Shown here one piece after another: positions 14,281-26,330 of a DNA stretch of 64,000 nucleotides. A model generated the notes under the pieces. The model saw only the letters and a list, made by a program, of their open reading frames with translations, made no database searches and was not told the origin of the DNA. The DNA is from Mobula hypostoma (lineage: Eukaryota): NCBI RefSeq assembly GCF_963921235.1, contig NC_086101.1, forward strand, positions 7,814,001-7,878,000, read 5' to 3'. The position numbers and the translations under genes were made by a program. Numbering within the stretch: the stretch's first letter is position 1; every line of letters starts with the position of its first letter.

Positions 14281-16350
14281 TTATTATCTCTGCTATATCT
14301 GATGTGAAATGTGTTGCTTTGCACAGACATAACATCACTATGAATTATAAAATAAATAGAGCAAGTGAAGGAATAATGGGGTAATCAGTGAGAATCAAAG
14401 AAGATGGTTGTGGTGTTTGGAGCCGATCATCTCAGCCACAGGACATCTCTGCAGGAACTCCCCAGGACAGAGTCCTCGGCCCAAACACCCTCAGTTGCTT
14501 CATCAACGACCTTCTGTCCATCGTAAGGTCAGAGGTCGGGATGGTCACTGATGACGACACAATGTTCAGCACCATCTACCACTCCTCAGATAATGAAGCA
14601 GCCCACAACACAAATGCAGCAAGACCTGGGCAATATCCAGCCCTGGGCTGACAGGTGGCAAGTGACAATCACATCACACAGTGTCAGGCAGTGATATCTG
14701 AGGAAGGGATCTCTGGGAATCATGAGAATTGGGAAAATTGCGAAATATTGAAAGTAGCTGCCTCACCGTTTGGGAAATTACAGTAGTTAGACCAAGGGAG
14801 AAGGTCACTGGGAGGTGACGATATGACAGTCAGTACAGTGGTTAGATTGTGGATGTGTTCAGTCAGCAAGGTGAAGCTCACTGGATCAAAGGTAAACAGG
14901 TGGAGGTTGGATTGCAGACCACGGCAGGAGAGTTTATCATCAGATAATGAGAGTCACGGCAGGAAACCAGGGTCAGAAATGAAGACAATGAATTACGGAG
15001 AGCATTGGGAAATGGATGTCAGTCAGATCGAGAGACACCACATGGAAATAATCAAAGGTCAAATACTACAGAGAAATGTAGCTTTCTGATGAATTTTTAT
15101 GAAATCCACATGTCACCATTGTATAACAGGAACCCATAATGTCATTGACTCAGTCGAGTATCTTTGCGAAGACACTGGAAGTGTTCTCCGATGTTTACTG
15201 CAACAGCGTCTGAATAAACTGACTTGTTCCTGAAACTCACCACTGCTGTCTGGCAGGTTCTTTCTGTGCTGTTCCATCTGAACTGTATTTAAGTGGGAGA
15301 CTGGTCCCCACTCCCACAACCCAACCCCCAGTCCCTCTGTCCCTCGAGCTGCTGTTGTGGAAGCTCCCTGATGAAGACTGTCAGAGAGCAACACACACAA
15401 AACACTGGAGGACCTCAGGGTCTGTGGAGAGGAGAACTGTCGTCGTTTAAGACCGAGAACCTTCAACGCTGTTTATTTCTCTCCATATGCTGCCTGACCG
15501 GCTGAGTTCCTCCAGTACATCGTGTCTGTTGCTCTGGAATTCCAGCATCTGCAGAGTCTCTTGTGTTTGTGAGTGGAGATTCCAGCCCAGTGCCCCTGCA
15601 TTCTGGGGCTGACGGGGTTTAGAAGACAGGCAGCGAAAAATCATTTCCACACGCGGGCCCCGTTCAGAACAAGTGGGACCAGACCTCTGGAGCCGGGCCG
15701 TATGTGGTGAAGTCAAGAAGGGAAATGGAGATCAGGATTTGAATGTTTTCCACACTGTGACATACAATGTCCAGTCCTGTGGTGATTCCTGCAGCCACAT
15801 CTTTGTCATCGCCACAGCATCAGTCTCCTCACAGCAGATTCTCTCCACATCCCGTGTTCCATACTATTAACTGATTTAATAGTTGCATAAATTTACATTA
15901 ATCACCGATTTTACGCCTCATTCTGACTATCTTCAGTCTTCGAGCTAAACAAAACGAGCTTTTGGAGGAACACCGAGGGTCAGACAGCATCTGTGGAGAG
16001 AAATGGACAATCGACAATTCGGTTCGAGAACCCTCATCTGGACTGTCTCTACCCGGAATATCTTCTGACTATTTTTCTCCACAAATGCTGTCTGACCTGC
16101 TTAGTTCCTTCCAGATTCTTGCATTTACAGTCCCTTCTCTCTCTCTGCTCAGGACTTGTCCCTTCAGTTCTGCCGCAGACTGAACCAAGCTCTTCTCTCC
16201 GGCTTTATCTATGTGAGACTTGTTTGATGTGTTTCTGACCCCTGCTGTGGAAATGAACATGAATCCTTCTCACGGGAAAGGAACATTCATTCCCGAGACC
16301 GCAGCGCCCCTAGAGGACAATCGCGGTACCGCAGGCGCTCAGCAGCTCCC

Positions 16351-16361
16351 GAAAGTGAAAG
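16351..16361 (+). promoter_or_regulatory. IRF-E/ISRE-like motif GAAAGTGAAAG
   Basis: Matches GAAANNGAAA about 30 nt upstream of the TRIM ATG, in a small CpG-rich patch. Confidence 0.45.
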
Positions 16362-16392
16362 GATCCTGAACCAGGAAATACCGGGAGTTAAC

Positions 16393-16803
16393 ATGGCTTC
16401 GAAAGAACAGGTCGAGAGTTTAAGCGAGGAGGCAATTTGTCCCATTTGCCTGGATTTCTTCACCGATCCGGTTATACTGGAGTGTGGACACAACTTCTGC
16501 CGCTCCTGCATCACACGGTGTTGGGAAAGGGAGGAGAGAAACTCCTGCCCGGAATGTAGAGAGGAGTTTGCAGACCGCACCCTCAGGGCCAATCGGGCCT
16601 TAGCAAATCTGTCTGAGAAAGCTCGAAAACTAAACCTGAATCCGAAAGAGAAGGAAAATAAACTTCACTGCGAGAAACATGGGGAAGAACTGAAGCTGTT
16701 TTGTGAGACGGACAAGACACTGATCTGCCTGGTCTGTAGAGATGCGCGGGAACACAAGTCTCACAACTTCATGCCGGTTAACGAAGCCGTTGAAATCTAC
16801 AAG
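16393..16803 (+). CDS. TRIM exon 1: RING finger and B-box 2
   Basis: [25 protein letters not shown]...CPEC (C3HC4) and [12 protein letters not shown]...[14 protein letters not shown]; donor AAG|GTAAAA at 16804. Confidence 0.95.
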
Positions 16804-19800
16804 GTAAAACTAACCAGGTTTTGATCAGCTGTTTACTTAGTTGCATGTTTTGGTTTAATGTCTTTACTCTCTGATTCCCAGGGTCGGGTTCAATCTTCCT
16901 TAGACTCTCTCACGAAAAAGAAATCAGACTTCGAGGAAATGGAGCAACAACAGAAAGAGAAGATTTCTGGAGTTCGGGTGAGGCTTCCAGAGCAGAATTT
17001 ACAAATTCGCTGTTTAGTTTTGTTCTCTTTAATGCAGAATAGCAGAGTATCGCAGCTCCAGTAACCTGGGATCGATCCCGACCCCGGGAGCTGTCTGCGT
17101 GGAGTTTGCAATTAACCTTATGAAGTTGGGTGGTCTGTGAATCAGGTCGGAGTTAGTGGGTCAGAGACAGAGTATATGTTTCAGGGAGACGTGGGCGAAT
17201 GTGATGGAGGGGATTGTTCTGAAAACCAGCAGAGACGTTAATGGGCTGAATGGTTACCTTCCATGTCAGAAGAAAATACAGAAAATAGCCTCAAATAGTA
17301 AACTAACCTCTCCTTTCATTGACAGGAACAGTCACACAGCCTTCAGTCCCAGATCACATCCCATTTTGTTGAACTGCGCCGGATTATCACCGAGAAAGAG
17401 CAGCGTGTGCTCCGAGATCTCAGGGAAGAAGAGGAGAGGATTCTGAATCCAATGGAAAAAAATCTTCGAGAGATTCAAGAGAATTTAAATTCCATCCAGG
17501 AGGAAATCTCAAAGTTACAGGAACGGATGGATCAACAAGAAAATATCACATTCCTCATGGTGAGAGATTTCACTTTGGATTTGTAAAAGTGCACAGTCAA
17601 AAAATAATGCATTTTATCTCAAATACTGTAGTTGGAAACTGATTTCCACCATGTGGACATCCTGACTGTTCAGAGTTGTGATTGTCCCAAACCGGCCTCC
17701 CACAACATCTGTACATCACAGGACAGTCTGCAACCTTCTTGGGAATGAGTTCTCTCTGATCAGAGCACTGAGCTGGTGATCGTTTCTGTGATTCCCACGT
17801 ATAATATCCCTGATACTCAGAGTAACACCCAGTTACAGTCACAGGCTGTGAGTGTGCTTCTGATATTCTCTTCACCACGTTTCTTGTGGCATTTATTAAA
17901 AACCAACTGATGTTTTATCTTTGACTTTTGGTCTTACACAAGGAGAAATAGTTTCTTGATTCCCACCCCATCAAATCCATTGGGAATGTTAAATTCCTCC
18001 ATCTGATCCTCCCTGACATTGTAACCAGATAAAAATGCACAACCTGTCCATTCTCTCCTGTAAATTCCATCCTCTCAGTTATGGTATAAATTTCAGAGTT
18101 ACAAAATACACATGGACTAAGATGTTAGCTGCCCTCTGCTATCACCAGTTGGATCATCAGTTGATCTGCCACCTGTCTTCAGGAGTTTTGGCCCACTTAT
18201 GATCAAGACTCCCTCGAGGTGGTGGGCCAGCAGTGCTAAAGCACCACCTCCCACTGGTGAGCTTAAAAACTTTGCATCTGCATCTATCAGAGTTGTTGGT
18301 CACTTCCATCCAACAGATAGTCTGCTCTTCAGGTGTCTATGCAACTACTGAAGGGTTTGCAATATATATATACACTGTCTGACTATCTGCCCCTCTGGAC
18401 ATACTTGGTCCACACCCATGCTGATCCTTTCTCTGCTGCCTCAGCTACAGCCCTGCTGGTTGACTTGATCTCTCTTCTAGTGAAGCCAAGATCACGCAGC
18501 CACTTCTGCAAAGTGAATGCAATAAATCCACGGCAGCCTACTTCGAATGGATAGCATGAGACCTTCCACCCTCTGTCTCTGCACTCATAATCATTCCTTG
18601 TACTTACTCCCGTGGTTCTCTGTCCCTCTTTATCCAATCGTTTCAGCGGGAGTGAGTTTAGTGGGAATGTTCAGCAGCTTGTAATAACTTGTCTCAGATT
18701 CCTGCTGTCGGGATGCTGATGGTCAGTCTCAGTCAATTGAGATCTGTGTTCTATTTATTTCAGGAGGAAGCTCATCGGAAGAGGAGGTAGGACATGGTCT
18801 TTACTGAAACACTGTATGGATTTGTAAAATAGTTCAAATATCACTGATGTTCAGTTTATAACCAGATGTATAATATTTACAGGATTAGTGATGAAGAACA
18901 GACATTGTCAGTGACAGATGGTGCCCTACTGGTTGAAAAATTCTATCGCCCCTATTTGTTCGACATTGCATTGGGAGAACCGTTGGACAGCATTAAGCAA
19001 GGTAAAACATAAGATTCATTCCGGCACCAACCCCACCTGCTGGGACACATCACTGTCACATGGTCAGCTGGAGATGTCAGACCCTTGAACACACCAAACA
19101 AGGGGCAAATTACAATCAATTCACTGGTCTGTTAGGTGAATCATTGCATCCTGATTCCATTTGCACTGGACAAACAAGCCAATGCACGAGTTTGAATCCT
19201 CACATGGTAGCTCTGGAATTAATATTCCATTAAACACAAATGAACACACACAAAATGCTGTAGGAACTCAGCGGGTCAGACAGCATCTATTGTAATGAAT
19301 AAACAGCTGATGTTCTGGGCTGTGATCCCTCTTCAGGACTGAAATTGAAGGGGGGAGATGCCAGAATAAAAAGGTGGGGAGAGGGGAGAGAGGCTAGCTG
19401 GAAGGTGATAGGTGAAGCCAGGGGGGTGGGAAAGCTAAAGGGCTGGAGAAGAAGGAATCTGATCGGAGAGGAGAGTGGACCATAAGAGAAAGGGAAGGAG
19501 GAGGGGACCCAGGGAGTAGTGATAGGGAGGTGAGAAGAAGTTAAAGGCCCGAGTGGGGAATAGAAGAAGGGGGGTTGATGAGAAAAATTTTACCGGAAGA
19601 GGAAATCAATATTCATGCCATCAGGTCAGAGGCTACCCAGGCAGAATATAAGGTGTTGCTCCTCCATCCTGAGGATGGCCTCATCTTGGCACAAGAGGCG
19701 GCTGTGGACAGACATTTTGGAATGGGAATCAAAATGTTTGGCCACTGGGAAGTTTCCCTTTGGGCGGATAGAGTGGAACCTCCTTTACTGATAAGATTCC

Positions 19801-22800
19801 AGCACAGGTCGGCCTTTGTGCTCCTGTTTTTCACCCTCCCACAGCTGCCTCCCACCTTCCCATCTCCCAACCTCCCCCGCAACCTCGCTCCGACTAGCAA
19901 TCAAAACTTTCATTGTGTTGGTCTCCACCTGTCATTCACTTCCCAGTGTCTCCCAACCCCACAGTCCACACTCCCCACCCTTCCGCTACCTGGAGCAACT
20001 CTGCACCTCTCATAACCTTATATATTTCTGTCAGATCACCTCCCAGTCCATTTACCTGCATTTGGCCCGTATCCGTCTAAACCTTCCCTGTCATCATTTC
20101 TCTGTCCCAGGTCTCAACTCCTCTTCTGTGCCAGTTCCACAGGGCCCTCAATTCTCCTGTGTTACAGAAAATGATCGACCTCATTTTCTACCACATTACA
20201 GAAGCGAATGTGCTGCAGGTCCTGAAATGCATAAAGTTCAATAAATCCCCAGGTCCTGATCAAGTTTATCCCAGGACATTGTGGGAAGGTCAGGAAGAAA
20301 TTGTGGGGCCCTTTTGGAGATATGTGTGTCATCGATAGCTGTGGGTGAGGGGCCAGAAGACTGGAGGGAGACTAGTGTTGAACATTTATTGAAGATCGGC
20401 TGTAGGGAAAAACCTGGGACGTACAGACCGGTGACCTAACGTCGGTGGAGGGTACATTAATGCAGGGGATTCTGAGAGACGGGATCTACATTCATTTAGA
20501 AAGCCGAGGACTAATCAGGGATACCCAGCTTGGTTTTCTGCATGGACGGTACGGTAGCATAGTGGTTAGCACAACGCTTTACAGTACCAGTGACCCGGGT
20601 TCATGTCCAGTCACTGCCTGTAAGGAGTTTGTAATTTCCCCATGACCACGTGGGTTTATTCCAGGTGCTCCGGTTTCATAGTCCGAACCTGTACCGGTTG
20701 GCAGGTTAACTGGTCATTGTAACTTGTCCCATGGTCACGCTCAGATTAAATCAGGGGTTGCTGGGTAGTAGGGGTCATTGTAAATTGTCCCGTGGTCAGG
20801 TTCGGATTAAATCAGGGGTTGCTGGGTGCTGGGGGTCATTGTAACTTGTCCCATGGTCAGGCTCGGTCTGAACACTCTGCCTTCAGTTAGTCCTGACGAA
20901 GGGTCTCGGCCTGAAACGTCGACTGCACCTCTTCCTAGAGATGCTGCCTGGCCTGCTGCGTTCACCAGCACCTTTAATGTGTGTTGCTTGAATTTCCAGC
21001 ATCTGCAGAATTCCTGTTTGCGTTTTAAAATCAGGAGTTTCTGGGTGGTGGAGGGTCATTGTAACTTGTCCCATGGTCAGGCTCGGATTAAATCAGTGGT
21101 TGCTGGGTGGTGGGAGTCAAAGGGCCGGAAGGGCCTATTCCGTGCTGTATCTCAATAAATAAATTACAGTTGATGAAAGTGCAGTAGACATCGTCTTCAT
21201 GGAGTTTAGCGAGGGATTTGACGAGGTAGCAGAGAGTTAGATCACATAGGATACAGTACGATCTGGAATAGGATACAGAATTGTCTGGGTGGAGTCCTGT
21301 GACCAGCGGTTGTGCTGCAGGGATCGGTGCTGGGTCCACTGTTTTTCATCATTCACATGAATGATTTGGAGAGGATGTAGGTGACATGTTTAAAACGCAA
21401 ACACAGGGAAATCTGCAGATGCTGGACATTCAAGCAACACACGCAAAAAGTGCTGGTGAACGCAGCAGGCCAGGCAGCATCAACAGGAAGAGGTACAGTC
21501 GACGTTTTGGGCCGGGACCCTTCGTCAGGACTAACTGAAAGAAGAGACAGTGAGAGATTTGCAAGTAGGAGGGAGAGGGGGAGATCCGAAATGATAGGAG
21601 AAGACAGGAAGGGAGGGATGAATCTCAGAGCTGGAAAGTTGATTGGCAAAAACGATACCAGACTGGAGAAGGGAGATAATCATGGGACAGGAAGCCTGGG
21701 GAGAGACAGAAGCGGGGAGGGGAGCCCGGAGGGTGGACCGCAGGCAAGGAGTTATAGTGAGAGGGACAGAGGGAGAAAAGAGAGAGAGAGAGAAAATAAG
21801 GGGGGGAAATAAAAAATATCAAATAAATAAATAAATAGATAAATAAATAAATAAGGGATGGGTTGTGAAGGGGAGGAGGGCATTAACGGAAGTTAGAGAA
21901 GTCAATATTCATGCCATCAGGTTGGACAGTGAAGGGGTTATTTATTTATTTAGATACAGTGTGAAACAGGCCGTCCCAGACCAATGATCTGCTCCACCCA
22001 GCACCCCAACTATTTAAAACTAGCCTAATCACAGGCAATGTACAATGATCATTTAACCTACAAACCGTTATGTCTTTGTACGAGCGTCACAGAGTGATAG
22101 AAACTAACAGCACAGGCCCTTCAGCCCACCTGGTCTGTACCGAAACATTTAAACTACCTGCTCCCATCGACCTGCACCAGGACCATCGTCCTCCAACTCC
22201 TGCCATCCATGTACCTGTCCAAACTTCTCTTAAATGTTTAAATCGAGCTTGCATGTACCACTTGCACTGGCAGCTCGTTCCACACTCTCACAACCCTCTG
22301 AATGAAGAAGTTTCCTTTCATGTTCCTCTTAAACTTTTCATCTTTCACCCTTAACTCATGACCTCTGGTTGTAATCCCAGCCAAAGTCCATGGAAAAAGC
22401 TCATTCACCATATCTCTACCCCTCATCATTCTGTATACCTCCATCAAATCTCCCCTTAGTCTTCTATGTTACAAGGAATAAAGTCCTAAACTATTCAATA
22501 TTTCATTTTGACTTTGGTCTTCCAGTCCCAGCTATATCCCTGTAAATTTTCTCTGTACTCTTTCCTGTAGGTACCCTTTCCTGTAGTTATTCAGAAAGTC
22601 AGAAGGCATGGGATCCAGGGAAGTTTGGCCAGGTGGATTCAGAATTGGCTTGCCTGCAGAAGACAGAGGGTCGTGGTGGAGGGAGTACATTCAGATTGGA
22701 GGATTGTGACTGGTGGTGTCCCACAAGGATCTGTTCTGGGACCTGTAATTTTCGTGATTTTTATTAACGACCTGGCTGTGGGGGTAGACGAGTGGGTTGG

Positions 22801-25800
22801 CAAGTTTGCAGATGACACAAAGGTTGGTGGTGTTGTAGATAGTGTAGAGGATTGTCGAAGATTGCAGAGAGACATTGATAGGATGCAGAAGTGGGCTGAG
22901 AAGTGGCAGATGGGGTTCAACCCGGAGAAGTGTGAGGTGGTACACTTTGGAAGGACAAACTCCAAGGCAGAGTACAAAGTAAATGGCAGGATACTTGGTA
23001 GTGTGGAGGAGCAGAGGGATCTCGGGGTACATGTCCACAGATCCCTGCAAGTTGCCTCACAGGTGGATAGGGTATTTAAGAAAGCTTATGGGGTGTTAGC
23101 TTTCATAAGTCGAGGGATAGAGTTTAAGAGTCGCGATGTAATGATGCAGCTCTATAAAACTCTGATTAGGCCACACTTGGAGTACTGTGTCCATTTCTGG
23201 TCGCCTCACTACAGGAAGGATGTGGAAGCATTGGAAAGGGTACAGAGGAGATTTACCAGGATGCTGCCTGGTTTGGAGAGTATGCATTATGATCAGAGAT
23301 TAAGGGAGCTAGGGCTTTACTCTTTGGAGAGAAGGAGGATGAGAGGAGACATGATAGAGGTGTACAAGATAATAAGAGGAATAGATAGAGTGGATAGCCA
23401 GCACCTCTTCCCCAGGGCACCACTGCTCAATACAAGAGGACATGGCTTTAAGTGAAGGGGTGGGAAGTTCAAGGGGGATATTGGAGGAAGGTTTTTTACT
23501 CAGAGAGTGGTTGGTGTGTGGAATGCACTGCCTGAGTCAGTGGTGGAGGCAGATACACTCGTGAAGTTTAAGAGACTACTAGACAGGTATATGGAGGAAT
23601 TTAAGGTGGGGGCTTATATGGGAGGCAGGGTTTGAGGGTTGGCACAACATTGTTGGCCGAAGGGCCTGTAATGTGCTGTACTATTCTATGTTCTATGTTC
23701 TATGTACGTGACTAAACCTGCACACAATATTCCAAATTAGGCCTCAACAACATCTCATGCAACTTCAACATAACATACATCTCCTGTACTCAATACTTTG
23801 ATTTATGAAAGTCAGAGAAAAGCTTTTTTGATGGACCTATCTCCCTGTAACAGCACTTTCGATGTATTAATGGACCCCTTTTCCCAGATCTGCCTTAGAA
23901 CAGTGTCCTCAGTGCCCGACCATTCACTGTGTAAGATCTACACTGTGGTCCTACCAAAGTGCAACAGCTCACACTTGTCTGCATTAAATTCCAGCTGACA
24001 CATTTCAGGCCATTTTTCCAGCTGCTCCAGATCCCACTGAAAGTAATGATGGTCTTCCTCGCTGTCCACTCCTCCCCAATCTGAGGAATGAATCAGGAGG
24101 ACCGAGAGGGAAGGCACGAGGTCTCGGGGAGACCGTACAAACTCCTTACAGATGGTGTCGCAATTGATCTCAGAACTCCAGAACGCCGCGAGGTGCAACA
24201 GTATTGTGTTATCCACCATATAACCCATTGCTCATGGGTTATCCAAGATTACAGTTAGATCTGGGCCATTGGATGGAAATTGATTTTAATTCAGAGAGAT
24301 GAGGGTGTTACATTTTGGAAGGGAAACCAGGACAGGATTACACAGGAATCAGTGAGGCCCTGGAGGGTGTTGTGGAACAGAGAGACCAGGAGGTGATTGC
24401 CTTCATCAGTCAGGAGCTGGGGCATCACGTTATGAGTGTACAAGACATTGGGAAGGCCACATTTGGAGCAGAGTAACACACACAAACTGCTGGAGGAACT
24501 TTGCAGGTCAGGCAGCAGCTATGGATATGAATAAATAGTTGATGTTTTGGGTCAAGGTTTTGTGTGTGTTGCTTTGGATTTCCAGCTTCTGCAGATTTTC
24601 TTGTCTTTATGATTTGGATCACACTGTCCAGTGCTGGTGATCTTTCTCCAGGAAGAATGTCATTAAACTGAGAGGGTATAAAACAGATTTACAAGGATAT
24701 TACTGGTTTGGGTTATAAGGAGAGGCTGGATATGCTGGGTCTTTTTTCCTGGAGCTCAGGAGGCTGCCAAAGGAAACTGTAGAGGTTGGTACAGTTGCAA
24801 TGTTTAAAAGACATCTGGACAGGTACATGTGTAGGAGAGTTTTAAAGGAATAATGGGCAAATATAGACAAATGGAACAAGTTCATTAAAGTGAGTTGGTC
24901 GACATGATTGAATTCTGCCTGACCTCCTCTTTAAATGCCTCCAGTGTTCACTCACCCCATCCTCACCTGGATCCAGTTTTTGCTCCACTCCTTTTTCATA
25001 CCCGTTTCCACTGCTATCTCCCGTCTTTCTTTCCAATCTTGAGGTAAGGTCTCTGCTTGAAATCTCCCTTAACACATGCTGCTTGACCCGCTGAGATCCT
25101 CCAGAATCTTGTGTGTGTTCATCGGGGAAAATCCGCTCTCCATGTCGGGGGAAAAACTCGAGAAAATGCTGGTTGTCCATCCGCTGTGTTTGTGTAAAAC
25201 ACCGGAAAAGGCCCTGTCGGGCACCCGACTGCGCCTGAGGCCCAGCGGCCTCTCCCCCGGTCCGGTCCCGGGGCCGCGCTGCCCGAGTCTCCCCCCGATC
25301 CCCGGGGACTCTCTAATTCTCTGCTTCTCCCCCCAGTCTCTGTCACCCTGGATGTGGAAACGGCGAGTCCGCGGCTCGAGGTGTCTGAGGATCGGAAGAG
25401 TGTGAGATACACCGGGACCCGGAGGGATCTCCCTGACACCGGGAAGAGGTTCACACACTGGGCTTGTGTGCTGGGATCGGAGGGATTCACATCGGGGAGA
25501 CATTACTGGGAGGTGGAGGTGACGGGGAATCGGTGCTGGGATCTGGGAGTCGCCGCAGAGTCTGTGGAGAGGAAGCGATGGGTCAGACTGAGTCCGGAGA
25601 CCGGATTCTGGATCATCGGGCGGGATGGTGACGTGATGAAGGTTTACACCTCCCCTGAGTCCCGTCTCCCTGCCGGTCCCATCCCCGGGAGGGTGGGAGT
25701 TTATCTCAGTTACCAGTCCGGGACAGTTTCATTTTACAACGCGGAGACCAAGTCCCATCTCCACACCTTCACTGGGAATAAATTCACGGGGAAACTTTAT

Positions 25801-25869
25801 CCTTTCTTCTGGATTTGGGATAAAAACGAGTGTCTGAGAATCTGCTCCGGTTCCGCTCCGGGTCTGTAA
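16393..25869 (+). CDS. Tripartite-motif E3 ubiquitin ligase (RING-Bbox-CC-PRY/SPRY; TRIM39/A33/NF7-like), six coding exons, 471 aa
   Basis: Hand-spliced exons 16393-16803, 16882-16977, 17326-17559, 18764-18786, 18883-19001, 25337-25869 (411+96+234+23+119+533=1416 nt). All introns are GT..AG, phases are compatible and there are no internal stops. The 96/234/23-nt exon pattern is typical of class IV TRIM genes. Confidence 0.95.
16882..16977 (+). CDS. TRIM exon 2 (coiled coil, 96 nt)
   Basis: ttcccag|GGT...CGG|gtgagg; [32 protein letters not shown]. Confidence 0.9.
17326..17559 (+). CDS. TRIM exon 3 (coiled coil, 234 nt)
   Basis: gacag|GAA...ATG|gtgaga; [40 protein letters not shown]...ITFLM. 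Confidence 0.9.
18125..18590 (-). mobile_element. HERO-clade (restriction-like endonuclease) non-LTR retrotransposon 3' fragment in TRIM intron 3
   Basis: [19 protein letters not shown]...[13 protein letters not shown]-terminal motif followed by the 3' UTR. Confidence 0.75.
18148..18222 (-). ncRNA. Candidate non-circularly permuted hammerhead ribozyme (G12 mutated in this copy)
   Basis: GGAG-UC-UUGAUC ... GGGCC-AAAA-CUCC ... GAUCAA-CUGAUGA-UCCAAC; stems I and III pair perfectly, stem II imperfectly. Confidence 0.5.
18764..18786 (+). CDS. TRIM exon 4 (23 nt)
   Basis: tttcag|GAGGAAGCTCATCGGAAGAGGAG|gtagga; phase 0 to 2. Confidence 0.88.
18883..19001 (+). CDS. TRIM exon 5 (linker, 119 nt)
   Basis: tttacag|G ATT AGT...CAA G|gtaaaa; phase 2 to 1, open reading. 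Confidence 0.88.
19243..19780 (-). mobile_element. Penelope-like element 3' end (GIY-YIG endonuclease C-terminus, UTR, decayed hammerhead)
   Basis: Reverse frame [16 protein letters not shown]...[23 protein letters not shown]. Confidence 0.8.
20545..21160 (+). mobile_element. tRNA-derived V-SINE (HE1-like) with internal ~60-bp tandem repeats, interrupted by a Penelope tail
   Basis: A/B-box-like GGTAGCATAGTGG / GGTTCATGTCC; repeats of GGTCATTGTAAxTTGTCCCxTGGTCA at about 20712, 20773, 20834, 21053. Confidence 0.65.
20888..20925 (+). ncRNA. Minimal type I hammerhead ribozyme of a Penelope pseudo-LTR
   Basis: AGUC-CUGACGA-AGGGUCUCGGCCU-GAAA-CGUC^GACU: intact core, stem I AGUC/GACU, palindromic ACGU stem III, GUC cleavage triplet. 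Confidence 0.75.
21389..21926 (-). mobile_element. Penelope-like 3' end with hammerhead (GAAA mutated to AAAA) and (AAAT)n
   Basis: [13 protein letters not shown] on the - strand; hammerhead motif at 21497-21532; inverted relative to 20883-21028. Confidence 0.8.
22588..23704 (+). mobile_element. 5'-truncated young CR1 nested in an older antisense CR1 (about 22087-24075)
   Basis: 276-aa RT C-terminal ORF ([21 protein letters not shown]); (TTCTATG)n tail. Confidence 0.93.
25337..25869 (+). CDS. TRIM exon 6: PRY-SPRY (B30.2) domain
   Basis: cccccag|[23 protein letters not shown]...RF...[19 protein letters not shown]...RVGVYL...VSFYN...LYPFF; TAA ends at 25869. Confidence 0.95.
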
Positions 25870-25934
25870 ACGTGTCGGGTCCTGGGACCGGCGTCAGGAG
25901 TAAGTCAGTGTAAATATAAATGTGCGGAGGGTGA

Positions 25935-25940
25935 AATAAA
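25935..25940 (+). terminator. Candidate polyadenylation signal AATAAA of the TRIM gene
   Basis: First AATAAA after the stop codon (about 65 nt downstream). Confidence 0.5.
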
Positions 25941-25944
25941 CACG

Positions 25945-26330
25945 ATGTGATTACTACCCTGGAGGTCCTGCTTTTCAGCTCAAAACCCAACTCCCTGAAC
26001 TCTCTCTTCAGGAGCTCCTCCCTTTTTCTACCAGTGTCATCGGTACCAACGTGTACCAAGACTTCTGGCTGGTCACCCTCTCCCTTCAGAATACTCTGCA
26101 CCCGATCCGAGACATCCCATACCCTGGCACCTGGGAGGCAACACACCATGTGGGTATCTCTATCAGGCTGACAGAACCTCCTGTCTGTTCCCCCCACTAT
26201 GGAATCCCCTATCACTACTGCATTTCTCATCATTTCTCCCTTCTGCACCACAGAACCAGGCTCAGTGCCAGAGACCCGATCGCTGTGGTCATCCTCTGTT
26301 GGGGTCACCCCCTCAACAGCATCCAAAACG
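25945..26330 (-). mobile_element. CR1 ORF1 (SGNH esterase) fragment
   Basis: AVVIGDSIV...CCLPGARV...VHVGTDD. Confidence 0.85.
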
